A stretch of 64,000 nt of DNA from Lytechinus pictus (Eukaryota): positions 5,396,001 through 5,460,000 of the forward strand of contig NC_087246.1 of the NCBI RefSeq assembly GCF_037042905.1, given 5' to 3'. Positions 28,605 through 42,577 of this stretch are shown here, piece by piece (position 1 is the stretch's first letter; each line of letters begins with the position of its first letter). The notes under the pieces were generated by a model. The model was not told where the DNA came from. It worked only from the letters and a program-made list of their open reading frames with translations, and searched no databases. The position numbers were made by a program, and so were the translations under genes.

Positions 28605-29000
28605 AAGGAGAGAAAGAAGAAGAAGGAGGAGGAGATGAAGAAGAAAAAGAAGAAAAAAGAGGAAAAAGGAAGTATGATGAAGAAGGAGAAGAAAATAAGT
28701 ATATGATGAAGAAGAAGGAGAATAGTGAAAAGAAGAAGAAGGAAGAGGAGATGAAGAAGAAGAAGAAGAAAAAAGGATGATGAAGAAGGAGAATAGCGAA
28801 AAGGAGGAGGAGGAGGAGATGAAGAAGACAAAGAAGGAGAAGCAGAAGAACGAGAAGAAGAAGAAAAGAAGTATATGATGATGAAGAAGAAGGAGAAGAA
28901 GTAGAATAATGAAAATAAGAAGAAGGGACAAGAAGAAGAGAAGAGAAAAAAAGGAGATTCGCGATGACGATGATGATGATGATGATGATGACTGTGATGA
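28605..29000. repeat. About 400-bp compound (GAA/GGA/GAT)n purine-rich tract
   Basis: Direct read; the source of several spurious low-complexity ORFs. Confidence 0.92.
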
Positions 29001-30015
29001 TAATGCGGGTGGCGTTGGTAGTGATATCATTGGGCGAGGTATGGTAGAGAACTAGAAATAATGAGTTGGTGAGGATTCTGACACTTCGTTTTTCCCTCAC
29101 GCACTTATAGATATGCTTTTCATTAGTTCTCGCTCTGGACATGCTGGAAGAGAAAAAAGATCGTTCGCCGCGAAATACTTAAGTATAGCCTCTAAGGCTT
29201 CGGGCGTTTCTCGATGCTCCTTATATGAATGTTATCATGCAAAATCAGTTTGATTTGTTAATGTTTGTTTAATTAAATTTAATTCAGAGTTTATTTAAAT
29301 ATTGCAATATACTTAGGGGACACAATAACAAAATGTACAAAATATATGTCGTTGAGTGGAAATGGGTGAAAGTAGTAATTTTTTTTTTTTTTTGGATAAT
29401 AGTAACTTCAGATTTTGAGTGGGGTTTTTTTTCTTCATGACATATATTTTCATGCATTCAGGGTTCATGTGAATTTAACATTTTCTAAACTACAACCCTG
29501 AGTGAACTTGTTTGCTTTAAAGGTATTAATTCAAGGGAATTTTTTCTAAACATTATTTCAACCAGTTGTATTCATAATTTCGCTTTAAGTTAACATAAGT
29601 TGCTGTAAAATGCATGAATGAGTAAATGAATGAATACCCCCGTCATTTTTTCTTCTCTTTGCTTTTTTTTCATCATTTTCTCAATTTTTTCCCTTTTATT
29701 TCTTATTGATAAGTGGCTTTTAGACTACATTTTTTTCTTCGTAGTTTAAAAGTTCCTATTACCATTTATCATTATCATCAACAACACAGTCGCTTTTATT
29801 TTGTTGACGATGTTGGTCCTGTTTTATTCGTTATTAATATTTAGTTATTATTGCATTGTTTATCTTGAACATGTTCATGAAAATCGCCTTCGTAAATTTT
29901 GTAACTCCCCCTCTCTCTTCTACATTTATTTCATCTTTAACTTTCTTTCCTTTTCCCTCTTTCTTTCTTTCTTTCTCCCTCCTCTCCCCCTCTCTCTCCC
30001 TTTCTCCATCTCTAG

Positions 30016-30283
30016 ACGGATGTTCCCTACCTTTCGATGTAGTATCACTGGACTGGAGCAGAATGCCAAATACATTCTACTCATGGACATCGTGCCCGTC
30101 GATGACACTCGCTACAAATACCACAACTCTGAGTGGGTAGTATCCGGTAAAGCCGAACCTCATATGCCTAGCCGGTTATACATACACCCGGACTCACCGG
30201 CCACCGGAGCAGTTTGGATGAAACAAGTGGTCACTTTTCACAAGCTCAAGCTGACCAACAACAATCTCGACCAGCACGGCCAT
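30016..30283 (+). CDS. tbx6/16: T-box gene exon 3 ([40 protein letters not shown]…HPDSP…[14 protein letters not shown])
   Basis: Long polypyrimidine tract then ctag|A at 30015/30016; donor CAT|GTGAGT at 30284. Clear T-box core. Confidence 0.97.
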
Positions 30284-33200
30284 GTGAGTAACATTGTAAG
30301 CGCTCTATGTTCCTTATATGTTTGTCATGTGCGTAATATCGTCTCGTCTTTATATTCATATCTAACATATCTATATAACTAAATATCAAATGTTATTTGA
30401 TAGATCTTTGTAAGCCTACTTAATATCATTATATCCCCAAACTTTGATAATGTTCAGTATTTCCATAAATACCATCAACAGGACTAGAAATCCAGAGAAG
30501 ATGTATATCATAAACATCACATCAATGTCAAATTTCTTGCTCACATCTTAAATATTAAAATAAAAAACAAAAAATCTTTAATAGAGAATTGAGTTTGAAT
30601 GGATCTCGAGATAATCTTTTTTACCTTAAGTTTATGTATTTTCACGGGAATAAATTAATACCAATGTCATGAATACTGTTAAAATTTTACGCAGATTTGA
30701 TGGATAATGAAGAAATAATTGTTTAAGTATTCATTTATCTAGAAGCATTGTCTCGAAAAGTGAAACGCTTGATATCGTATATATTCCTACACCATGTACA
30801 CAGGTAGTGAATGAGGAATGTATTATGAAGAATAATGAATCACGTGATAATGAATCAATTATTATAGTACTTCTCTAAGTTCATGTATCTGCCTCTTATC
30901 GATTGTAAAAATATATTTAATTTACCCGTTACAATTCTAGCAGAGCGAGCATGAATCAGAATTTCCCCTGCTCCTCCTGCGGAGGGAACGTGGCAATAAT
31001 CCAAGCTAGAGGCATTTCCTACACCCTCTTATTCTTCATAATCTTTAATGCAAGATTTTAATGGCTTGATGCAGGCCCCTTGTCTTCTTTGCCCTGAAAT
31101 CTGTCAAAGACCCCAAGAAAAAGAGGTCAAACCTAATTTTACAAATGAGTCTTCCCACCGAATCCTTCTCAAACTCTCTGTTGCATCATCATCATTACCA
31201 ACAAGGCCTTTACGTTTGGATAATCATCATAATACAAACCTACTACGGTAGATATGAACTTATAGCGGACTATCAAAAAAGCAACCAGACAAAAAGATGG
31301 AGAATACGAAAAAAAAAACAGTCCTGTTGAACGAATTGTTAATCTCGTAAGTCGCCCTTATAACACCACTAATTGGGTTTATGAGAAGCCAGAATGGTAG
31401 GGATGACTCCATATATCGCATCGTTAGATTTTATCTCCATTTCAATTTCTCAACCAATCAAGGACGCAAGCGATGTTTTCTTGGTCACAAAGACTCGACT
31501 CAGTACACACTCGCTGACAAAGTGTGCTGTTGATTCTTGTTGCATGCACTCGTTGCACGGTGATCTGTCGGGGTATGTTCCTTTAAAACACTCGGACCAT
31601 TTAGGCGCGCAAAGAAGCGAAAACAAATTACGTCGATACAAATCAGATCTCGCCTGTCTCCCGTGTTAATGCCACTTAAGTCTGTTAAACCGGGCAGGCT
31701 TGACTTAAAAAGATTACTCTTTAGACTTCCAAAATAGTACTAATTCTCCTCGATGAAATGAATATCCACCAAGCTTTTATTTTCTTCAGTGAACTGAATT
31801 GGTCGAATTAAAAGATACAGCGAGCTGGCAAGGACAGCAAGTTCATATCATACCAAATAGCATTTAATTATATTTCTTCATGTGGTAGTTTGACGGGTTT
31901 AACAGGTATCCCCTCTAATTTGATTATTTCCATGGTCACGATAGCTGAGGAAAATGAAATTAAACGTAAGACTCTGATTAAGGTCAGATCTTACGCAAAT
32001 TGTTTAATACAGTCATTAGGCAATGTTCCTTCACGATTTGGTGATGACAATGGTGAATATTCGTATCAGAAACTTGAACCAGTCAGGAATCATAATATTC
32101 CCTTCACGGTACTTTCATTTTGGGGATGAATAGGTTATAGTCTTGATGAGCAAAATGACGAGCAAAATGTTAAATGAACAAAAAATAGATATATTAAAAA
32201 AAATATATCGCAAGAGAACCAACGGAGTAATATTAGTGGCGCATGTCTGGGTTTTTTTTAAACAAACCATATGCTAGGATCAATTTCAGTGACCGGAATC
32301 CCAACTCTTTGCCTAATCTAGAAATAAAACCACTTTAATAAATCACGCCAATTCTCGTGTGAATTTGTACATTTTTCAGCACCCATGTCAACTAAGTTGA
32401 ACTAAAATTGGATTTGAGATCAATCAAAATCAGACAAACTAGAAAGATGATTTGTATTTTAGCAAGGAGATAAGCTAAAGAGTTTTTTTTTTTTTTCATT
32501 CGGTCGTGTATGCCTATATTATATACCTCAAAGAAAAAAAAAGTAGAATGATCTCTTTTATTGATTATAATCATGTACACAATTTCATTGATTTTATGTG
32601 TGCAAATGTCTGCACATGATTACAAATGTTAGAAAAAGAGATCATGATATTTCAACTTCCATTTTGATATCTGAATATCGTCGCTATGACGTCACCGAGA
32701 GGGAGCTGAAATACTTTGTGCAAGGGTGAACAGTGCGTCTTGTGTTGTTTCTCCAGCCTATAGTTTATAGTTTATAACTGATATGCTTTTACATTTTTTT
32801 CCTTTTTATTGCGAATTCATATTTTGCAGGCTCGCTCTCGTTCGAGAGGAAATCAAATTTCACAACTCGGTTATAATTACTGGGATATTGCAAATGTAGA
32901 AATTGCACCTGCGCCGCACGAATGGAAAGCAACATTCTGAAACCATTAATAAAAATAATGATTCCAAAGCTTGCATTATGACGACATGTTTTCTTGACCT
33001 TGTCTATGCGTATGTATATTCCCTGTTGTAATTCACTGTGTCTCTCCCATTCCTTCACCATCTCTCTTCCATTCCCCTTCTCCCTTTCTCATTGTCTAAT
33101 TCTGTTACTCTCGATCTTTCTCCCCCTCCCACACATTCTCCCTTTCTTTCTCTCTCCCCCTCCTCTCATTCTGTAGCTCTCTCTCTCTCCCTCTCTCATT

Positions 33201-35619
33201 TTTCCAACACACTTTCTTTATTCCTCTTCTCTTTATCGGCTATTCATTCCCTGTTCGTCTAACAATTAAACATTTTAAAGACTTTATTTTTTTCAAAAGA
33301 AATATATAATAAAGAAATGGAAAAGATGAATTGAGATAGATCTATATAGGTAGTTTAAGAGGGGCGTGAATAAGTGGTATACACACATCACCCTCCCAGT
33401 CCAACAACCATTTTATGGGCAATGCAGGTTTAGAATAAACTCCTGTCACAAAATCATGTAGCTAGATTTTTTTATATAGTTATTTAAGGAGGAGAATGAA
33501 GCAAATTTGATGAATTGAAGATTTTAATAGAATGGATGATTACCTTAATGTCGCTTCCTCAAATTTAGCAAAGTTCTTGACACTTGAACAAATACTTAAT
33601 TTCCGTTTACTTAACTTTCTTCCAAATTTAATAAGAAGATTCTCTTTAGAATCCTCTAAAAAAAAATCAACACTGTTTCTTAAAAAGTTTGGAAACCGAT
33701 ATTTTAATTTCACTCTAAATTCCATCTATAGTTGTTTTTCAGAGTATATAGTAGTCCCGGCAAAACATTAACAGTTAATTGGCTTTTGATAGAGACTAAA
33801 TAAATTTCCCGGGATTTCGGAAGGCGCTTGAACCTGAATCTGATCAAAAGCATGAAATTCGATACAGGGAGATGAATGGTTCGTCTTTTGTGACAACTTG
33901 GGGTCGAAACGAGGGGTTATTTCTTGAAGGGTTTAAGGTTTGCCTCAGCGATCGGTGTTAGCGAACTGCTAAACGGGTGCTCTCAGGTTACACATTGCTG
34001 CCCGGGTGGGTGTGGGGTAGATAATGAGGGGGTACGGGGAAGCACCTTTTAATCTCCCTGTTAATCCTCGCTTGATCTGCGTTAGAGTTGTGTCGAGAGC
34101 GTAATTAGGGATGTGAGGCTGAGCGGGCACGATGGCCAGCCCGTTGACGCCCGTAACGCGGCACCTGACAGCTGGAATGTCACATCTATTCTAGCCGGGT
34201 GGAGCCGGCTACTATCTCCCTTGTCTTAGTCTTACATTCCCTGTGCAAACCCGTAGGTAGCGAAGACGACTTGGACAAGTGTGAAAGCCGTATTGAGCGC
34301 CGCTGAACGTGTTAGGTTTGGCAGATAGCAGCTCCCCCTTTACCGGTCCAGCGGGATGGTAGCGTCCCGAGTGGGTTAAGAGGTCGAACACTGGTGACTA
34401 CACTCTGCAACTCAAATTTATAACCTTGTCTTTCCTATCTCCATTTCCAGTTCTCTATTTTCATCGCATCTTTGTTATCTCATTGCATGGAAATCCCTTC
34501 CATTTCTCAGACTACTTTCCTTCACCACCTCAATCCTTCCTCCTCCATCTCTTTCCCTCCTTTCTCTCTCGGGCTCTGTTAACTTTTCACAAGTTGAAAG
34601 ATTCGTTGCATATTGCGAAGTGTTAAAGATTGAAGGGGATTCATCCATCCGTGTAGACAGGAAACTTCCGATGATGATTAAGTTTATACCGGCAGTTATT
34701 TGAACGAAATATCCCATCAGCTCTGTAAAAACAACAACCCTTCGCCTTCTCATTGTGCTAGTGATATCTTAAAAATATTCCGAATGAAAATGGTTGGTTT
34801 GGATTTCACTTCGAACAATTTTCACAATCCTTAATTTTATAAAGACTAAACGATATTGATCATGTTGATCAACTATCTAAACATTCACTTTGGCCAATTA
34901 AGCAAAACATTTGAAAAATGAGTAATTTGTTCATCGATTAACAATATGTATGAAAATCAAACGTGCATCAATATTGTTATGTAAGCATTATATTATATTA
35001 CATATATATATATATATATAAATATATATAAATATATATATATGATTAAGAATGAAAACATGAGAAATGAAACAAACCACAAAAATAGGTGACCGTAAAT
35101 ATTGAACTAGCAGACGCCTACACTGTATTATTTTTGTTCTCAAAAAGAAAGAGAGAGAGAAAAAAGGGAAGAGAAATGGCAAACATAAAATGGCGTCATC
35201 GAAGATGATAACCTTCTCGGTTTATCTCCAGACACGCATCGCAATCGAACGAGAATCGAACAAGAGCAGCTGAAATAGCGCACACTGATTAAATCACAGT
35301 GTCCTATCTGTAAACGATACCCTTCTTCTCCTCCTAAATTGACTTCTGAGCTATGACTCGAGTACGATTGACTCCCTTCCCTTTTCCTCTCATTCTCATT
35401 CCCTCTCACTCTCTTCCTCTCTCTCTCTCTCTCTGTCACACACACATACGCACACGGCCACACAACATACCCACCCACTCTCTCTTCCCTTCTCTATCTT
35501 TCATACACACCCACACACACACACACTTTCTCTCTCTCTCTCTATACCTCTCTTTTTTTATCACCCATGAAAAAAAGTATACGCAAACAAACACTTCTTC
35601 TTCTTCCCCTTCTTCTTTT

Positions 35620-35685
35620 CATTATCATTATCATCATCATCATCATCATCATCGTCATTACTATTATTATTATTATTATTATCAT
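35620..35685. repeat. (CAT)n/(TAT)n microsatellite
   Basis: Direct read. Confidence 0.9.
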
Positions 35686-38600
35686 AATCGTGTTTGATAT
35701 TATTATTGCCATGATCTTAATCACGGTAATTATCCTGTAAACCCCCATACTGATATTGCAATCCTTCTCTTTCTTTTTCTTTATTGCTACCCCTTTGCCT
35801 ATAAACATAACAGTAGGATTTATAGTTCAAAAAGATTTGTCTCAATGCGGATAAATTCATGATATATGAGAATCGTTATCTTTACTTTTTGTTAACCTAT
35901 TTTTAGGTAAAATCAGGCATCCTAAATTAGATGCACCGTATAGCAAGCAATGGTATTAACGTACTTATTAAAATGACATCTCGAGCAATCGAAAAACCAA
36001 ACGACAAAGGGTATCATCTCGTTCATATAAACGTGAAACATAATATAAAATGTGAAAGGTTTGGTAACATGGGAGTCGGTATCTGACAGGAATCAAACAG
36101 TCGGCATATATCAAAGCCGTCTTGGAGATGTCTCTTTCATTTATTTTGCAATAATCGCGATAATAATGCCACTGAAAAAGTACACGACAAAGACACTGAA
36201 AATCATAAAGATCTTATTGAGCTATAAGGGAAGGGGGACATCGATTTTTTCGACAGCGGTCGGGTCGTCATCAATGAGTTCGTCCGAGGGATCGTTTGTT
36301 TGAAGCGTAATCCAGCATGCTGAGTTAAGAAGGGACCGACCCTCGCTTGCTTACCCCTGGAGAAACCGGCGAGCAATCAGGCGAGCAACTCAGATTGTCC
36401 CAGTGCAGTCGCGGTGATATTTCATGCAAAAGAGCACAGAAAGCTCATCCAAACGCTCACAATGAAGTTGATTCTTTTGACCTCGTATTCCGACCAGTAG
36501 CCACAGTTTTTTTTGTAAAGCCTGGAAAAAACGATCTCGTTATTTGAAATAAAGTCTGATTTCCGGTTCTTCAATCTTAACCGTTTTATCGCAATAAATG
36601 AAACCATCTGAAAATTAATAAACCTGAGAGACTATCGTGCCTTTAACCATGCAAACATCTTCAGGAATGTATTTGATATTCCATTCTCAAAAGAAAACGT
36701 AAACGATATCAGTGATTTTGTTTTTCAACATGACCCATAATTGATACATACAACTGGTCCAAATAAACATTGCATGTGAATGATATGATTTTCACTGGAC
36801 ATGCTGGATGAAGGGGGGAATGGGTCCCAGCTTTACAATTTAATTTATCAATAGTAAACATACATAACAACTTTCATTGTGCTTTTATTAGTTGTTGGGC
36901 ACAATGCTTAAACAGAATTGTCTACGAAGTAATCGTAGAGTAGATAATCCGTCATTTCTTTTTTATTTTTGGTTAAAGCGACAATTTAACAACGGTTTTT
37001 ACATAATAATGTATAACAAGATTGTATGTTGTTTCAATATTAGGTTTGACCAAGTCATATCATTTCATCAATCTTAAGCTTTATTCCTTTTCCTCTCTTA
37101 GATAAATATTATATTTACTGTGTACACATATTCATGAACAACTATCAATCCGTCAGTTCCTTATCAATAAGTCCATCTTAAGACATCACATCTCTAGTTA
37201 GTACTGAAAGAGATCAGCTACAGGTGTAACTTTCCGCAGGGGGGCGTCTTATCAATCCAAAGATCACCCTTCGCGCGCTCCCAAGCGGAAATCAGCATTT
37301 TTCCACCGTCGTTTACGAGGCGCCATTTCGCGCACTAACAAAACTCGATTAAGTTAGTTTATAAGTGGCTTAATTAAGACATGTGTGTTGAGCGATGGTG
37401 AGTGGGGTTATGATTCTCAGAAGGGGGTGAGGTGGCACCCACATTACAGGCGACTATGTTACACCGCTCACGGTCTAATGGTCATTTGAAATCCGTCTTC
37501 AGAAGGAATCATTTTTTCTGCCATCATGATTTCTCAAGCATTCACTAAAGATGAAGCGAAATGATATCATCTGATATCTATAAACCCATGCTGGGCGACC
37601 CCGCACCTCAAAAAGACATTGTTTAAATCAATGATGTTTGAAAGAAGTCGCGGTTTTCCTCATGTTTTACCTAAACATTGCTAAAGGCTGTGTAAAATGT
37701 TGATTAAAGGATGCGAAGCAGCTGAACCGGACCCTATCGTCACAGCATACTCTGCCGGGATCACAAGAAATCATTTACATTGGTTTCTTGCTATCTCATC
37801 AGTAAGAGATGATATTTAGAATATTGAATCTTTTTTACATGTCTTAACATATCGCAAGATTATATTTCGCTTCTTTTTAAATTCTAATTTCTATGAAAGT
37901 TCCCCTTGAATTGTATCATCTCATGAATTAAGACCTTGGATTTCAACAAAATTATCTACGTTTGGTACAAGTTAGTTCTACTGACATGATTAAAAAATGA
38001 CAGATTATCCTCTTTTTTATTGACATCATTTTGACATGTCTTTGTCGCTTCTAGTGTGATACTAGTCGGGCAAAGTGAGGAGTTGATGACGAAACAGAGA
38101 GAAAGAGAGAGAGAGTCCGAGTGGGTTGTTGCCGGGAAAATTCAATCACCTATGTCTCTAAATGTAACGCTGTTCGTAAAGACAGTGCTATCAGAGTCTG
38201 CGAAAATTGTCGGGCTATTAACACATCTTGGTTTAGAGAGCAATGCGTAATGTGATAGAGTGATGCCATTGCGTGACACTATTGCTCTTTCGAACCCAGA
38301 GGCAACCTTGAGTAGACGTAACGTCACAATTAAAACTCTCTCTCTCTTTCTCCATTTATGATCTCTTTCTCATTCATCCCACACATTCGAACACACACCC
38401 GTTCTGAAACAACACGGAAAGACACCAAATAAAGATGGTGGGCAGAATAAATACATCAGAAATGAAGAGAGATAGATAAACCAGCAGCGACAATAATTGC
38501 GTGCCAAATTATCCACCCTTTGTATATATACGATAATAAAAACTGATATAAACACAAGGGCATATCGTTATTTGCCACCTTTTGTTACACTAGGAATGTT

Positions 38601-39961
38601 GAGTTACCGTCGTGATTATTTTAGTAGACAGCATCTCGTGGAGCTACGTCTATTTCCCACAAGCTCAACAACAGCGGGCCAGGTCCCGCTGGCGCCTCCG
38701 ATTTCGATCCCCGTAGTCCCAAGCATTGATCAATTTGATGTTATCGGCACCTGTTGAAACCGACGCATTATTCGGGCCAGCTCAGTCGTAAAATCCGCCC
38801 ACCGATTCATCACCATGTGTTCTTTTCGCCACGCTTTTGTTTTTCTACTTTCAGCCACCTTTTTTCTCTATATTCCTCCAATTCTTCTTTATATTCTTCC
38901 TATTGTATTTTTCTTCTCTCCTCGGTTTATTCCTTTCCTCTAAATTTCACATTTTGTCATATACAATTTACTGTCGTCTATTTTCTTACAGTTTGGTGAT
39001 AAATGTTTTGTGTAGTTGTTATGTCTATAACGTTGATGCTTTTGGCATTATGATCTATTTTTGACGAGTTCCAGCGTCCTGCTGAGCGAAGGTCGTCCTT
39101 TCTTACCATAACTATATGCCCACGCCTATTCTGACTCAAGAATCAACATTTTCTTACCTCTTTGGGCAACTTCTATACCCGGGCTTCTACCCTCTATTTT
39201 TCTTTAATTGAACAAGCTGAGTGGAAAATAATATAGATTGAATGTGAACGTGACCATGAAAAGTTACAGTTTCATTCAGCAAAGCAAAATAAAATATGTA
39301 AACAGATTTCGAAACGTGACCCGAATATTGGAAAATACAAACTAGGTTTCATATGGTACGCACAGCATTTATCTATTTTCATTGAAAAAGATTGAAAACA
39401 AAAACACCTTAAACGTCGATATGAATAGAAGTCATCTCCTAAATCAACTTACAATTTTCATTTGGTAAATTTTTTTTAAGATACTTTTTTTATGTTTATA
39501 TGATGCATTTCAGAAGTATCTTTTTATGACATTTTTGTTTATTTATTTCACTTGAATGAGGAACATGCCAATTACTGGCCATAATATTTCATTTTCGATT
39601 TAAACATTCATCTTATTTTATTTTCATATTCTTACACATTTTCGGGTTTTCATCATGTTGATTGTGGTCAATATTTTACGTTTTTCATTTGTTCTTGATT
39701 ATTAGTTTTTGATCACCGTGCTGTTTTCACTGTCTAAATTTCAAATTATTTTCAAATAACCAATATAAAAAAGATAATTGTGGGTAATTTTATAAACAAT
39801 CAAGAGTTTTGCTGGTGTTTATCATCGATATTTTAATATGGTCCTATACAATTAGCATGCAATCACTGTCTCTGCGTCTTCGTACATTTTCGCGATTTCA
39901 ATTGTTAATGAGTCTTACAAACTCTCTTCTTTGTCTTTTTATTGTGTTTTTCCTGCTGCAG

Positions 39962-40108
39962 ATAATTCTAAATTCAATGCACAAGTATCAACCACGCTTT
40001 CACATCGTACAAGCCAACGATGTATTCAGTTTACGATGGAACAGCTTCGTGACCTTTGCCTTTCCAGAAACTGTCTTTATCGCCGTCACAGCCTACCAGA
40101 ATGAAAAA
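39962..40108 (+). CDS. tbx6/16: T-box gene exon 4 ([49 protein letters not shown])
   Basis: Acceptor ctgcag|ATA, donor AAA|GTAAGT at 40109; 147 nt, phase 0-0; conserved T-box motifs. Confidence 0.97.
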
Positions 40109-40323
40109 GTAAGTCAGAAATACCAAATATAACCATTGCTAAACAAAACAGTATCACCATCATGAGCAAGATGAATGGTTTTTCACACAACTGCGTGCGC
40201 GCACACCCTCACCCACACTCACACACATCTACGCACACGCACACACACAAATTGGTTGACAAAGTTCGCAGCTAATGTACAGGATATCTCTTTGAAATCA
40301 CTGCGTCAAGTTTCCTTGACCAG

Positions 40324-40475
40324 GGGCCCATTTCATAAAGAGTTGCAACTGTTGTAATCTTGCCATTATGGCAACTACCATGGTAACCTTGATTTTGATT
40401 GGATGCTGAGCCCTGATGCCATGGAAGTTGCCGTAATGGCAAAGTTATAACAGTAACTCTTTATGAAACGGGCCC
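40324..40475. mobile_element. PIF/Harbinger-type (Tourist-like) palindromic MITE, copy 1
   Basis: TIRs GGGCCCATTTCATAAAGAGTT / AACTCTTTATGAAACGGGCCC; nearly the whole element is a hairpin; flanks CAG/AAG (degenerate 3-bp TSD); a second copy is at 47474. Confidence 0.85.
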
Positions 40476-42511
40476 AAGTAGTCCAATTGGACCTTCTCTT
40501 ACTTTGGGCTAGTATCCTCTTTTATTTTCAAAAATAACAAATTATTGGCCTTTGTTTATTATTGAGATAAAATGTCATTATCCACTCCCTAGATTATTTT
40601 CACAACCTTGTCCAAAACTTCAGCGATGTGACAAAGTATTGTCTTCAATATGCCGCGGTCAACGTTATCGCCTCTTGAAAAAACTAGGACTAGTTTCTCA
40701 TGTATCTCTATAAGTACATAATTAAGTAATAAAAACACGATTTCACATAATAAGTATCACTATAAATCCAGATACATAAGCGTGGATGTCATATCATTTT
40801 TGTCTGTCAGGACAGTTATACGTCACTGTGCGTCATTGCGGCCGCTGAGAAGACTGAATTGCAATGATGTTTCCATAGCTACTGCAGTGACAGAAATATT
40901 AACGTGCATATGCGTTCTCGTAACTAAAAGGGACTATGATCTTTTGCTATAACATTGTAAAGTAGAATTCTTATGATTTTGAAATGCAATCTTACATGTG
41001 CTGAACATTTACGCAATTACGATACATTTTAAAGTAGTAAAAATAAAGATAAAATTTAGCTCCGTTTGTATTAACTTTCTTTGTTCTTGTTTAACCTGTG
41101 GGTGTGACATTATGGATGTTGTTTCTTCTGCATGTACTCGATGTTTTCGTAGCTACGTTTGAACCGTGTTCACTCTTTCCAAATTTGTCTTCTCCTTAAT
41201 TGTTAACAACCGTCCAATGTTTGTCCATGTGTCGAGAAACCATTAATTCGTATGCTTACAATTAACCACCAAACCCCCCTCCTACTTAATTCAGATTTCT
41301 ACTTTTTTCTCCCTTTTAATCTCCTTCTTTCACTTTGATAATAAGGATTCCCGTTTTGTCTTTTACCTTCCGGCTCTCTATCATATCTTCTGTTCTTTAT
41401 CTTTAAATCAGCCCTTCGATTTTTCCTCTCTTGACACCCCCCCCCCCCTTCCATATCCCCGTCCCGTTAACGTCGAGGTGCAGAAAACGCGCGCTGCTAT
41501 TTTTGCAGCTTTAAGACCCGCTTCACGTCGTCCATTTTGAGAGCAATGATTTTACGATGAAAGTCTCATCAGTGGAATCGAACTGGGACAAGTAGATGAA
41601 GTGAATGGCAGTCCTGTAATGGACCGTTAATTCCTCGCCTAACAGCCCTGTTTGCCTTCATATAGAACCCAGTGCGGTTGTGTAAACGCGAGCGCGTGTG
41701 ATAGCCAGGGGCAACCAGCAGCAACGCGCACTGGCGCAAGGCCGCATTTTCGTACCATGTAACGTCTACGTAACAAGCACAATGTCAGAGATACAAGGCG
41801 AACATGAGTATATATTCTCAAATTCATTTCCGAGCATTCTTCCCAAGTGGGATGTTTAAGCCCTCGCAAAATGTTATCAGTAAACAAACGAACACAATGG
41901 AGCTGGTGTGGGCGGACGTGGGCCCTGCATATTACATGGAGTGTTAGTTTTCATGTGATCGCGCGTAGCTCCGTGTTTCGACACGCGTAGTTTACACAAC
42001 TCGTGCACTGGGCCTGCCCGGCTTGCACCACCACCAGCACAAATCACATTTTAATAGCGACTTGCTTCCGAAGTGAAAAAAGAAGTACACATCGAACGTC
42101 CTTCAAGCTCAACAAACTTACCAATCCTCTCCTAAAGTATTCATCAAATATTGGACTACTTATGATTAAACAGCCCCGTGGACACAAAATGATGCAAAAA
42201 GGCAAACTTTGCTTCTCAGAAGCTTGGCTGAACTTACATAATGTTGGTCTTAATGAATTTAATGCAAATCTACAGTTATTGGCTTTTGATGAGTTTCAAA
42301 AGTAAGGAGAATAAGAGAGGGGCATTCAGGAACATTTTAAGTTGGCTATAAATAAAAAGTAGAAACCCGTAAATGCATAAAAGGGCCTATTATGTCAAGC
42401 TTGCCACCTCTTTAGACCATGTATTTTAGTATATAGGCCAGACGGATTTATTCGACAATTTGGTAAAGCAATAATGTCTATTAATAAACCTCATAATTAG
42501 AATTAGGGGGA

Positions 42512-42577
42512 GGTGCCGTGGCAAAGTGGTCTAAGGCGCCTGACTATATAAATGCAAAGTCCGGGGTTCATTCTGGG
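42512..42577 (+). mobile_element. tRNA-like head fragment (truncated SINE or tRNA pseudogene)
   Basis: GCCGTGGCAAAGTGGTCTAAGGCGCCTGACT (A-box/D-arm-like) followed by GGGGTTCATTC (damaged B box); no intact cloverleaf. Confidence 0.5.

Noticed and set aside
28548..29142. 160-189 aa minus-strand ORFs
   Set aside because: Translations of a (GAA/GGA/GAT)n tract that lacks stops; low complexity.
29801..30382. 193-aa ORF as a standalone T-box protein
   Set aside because: Only 30016-30283 is exonic; the flanks are a polypyrimidine tract and intron read-through.
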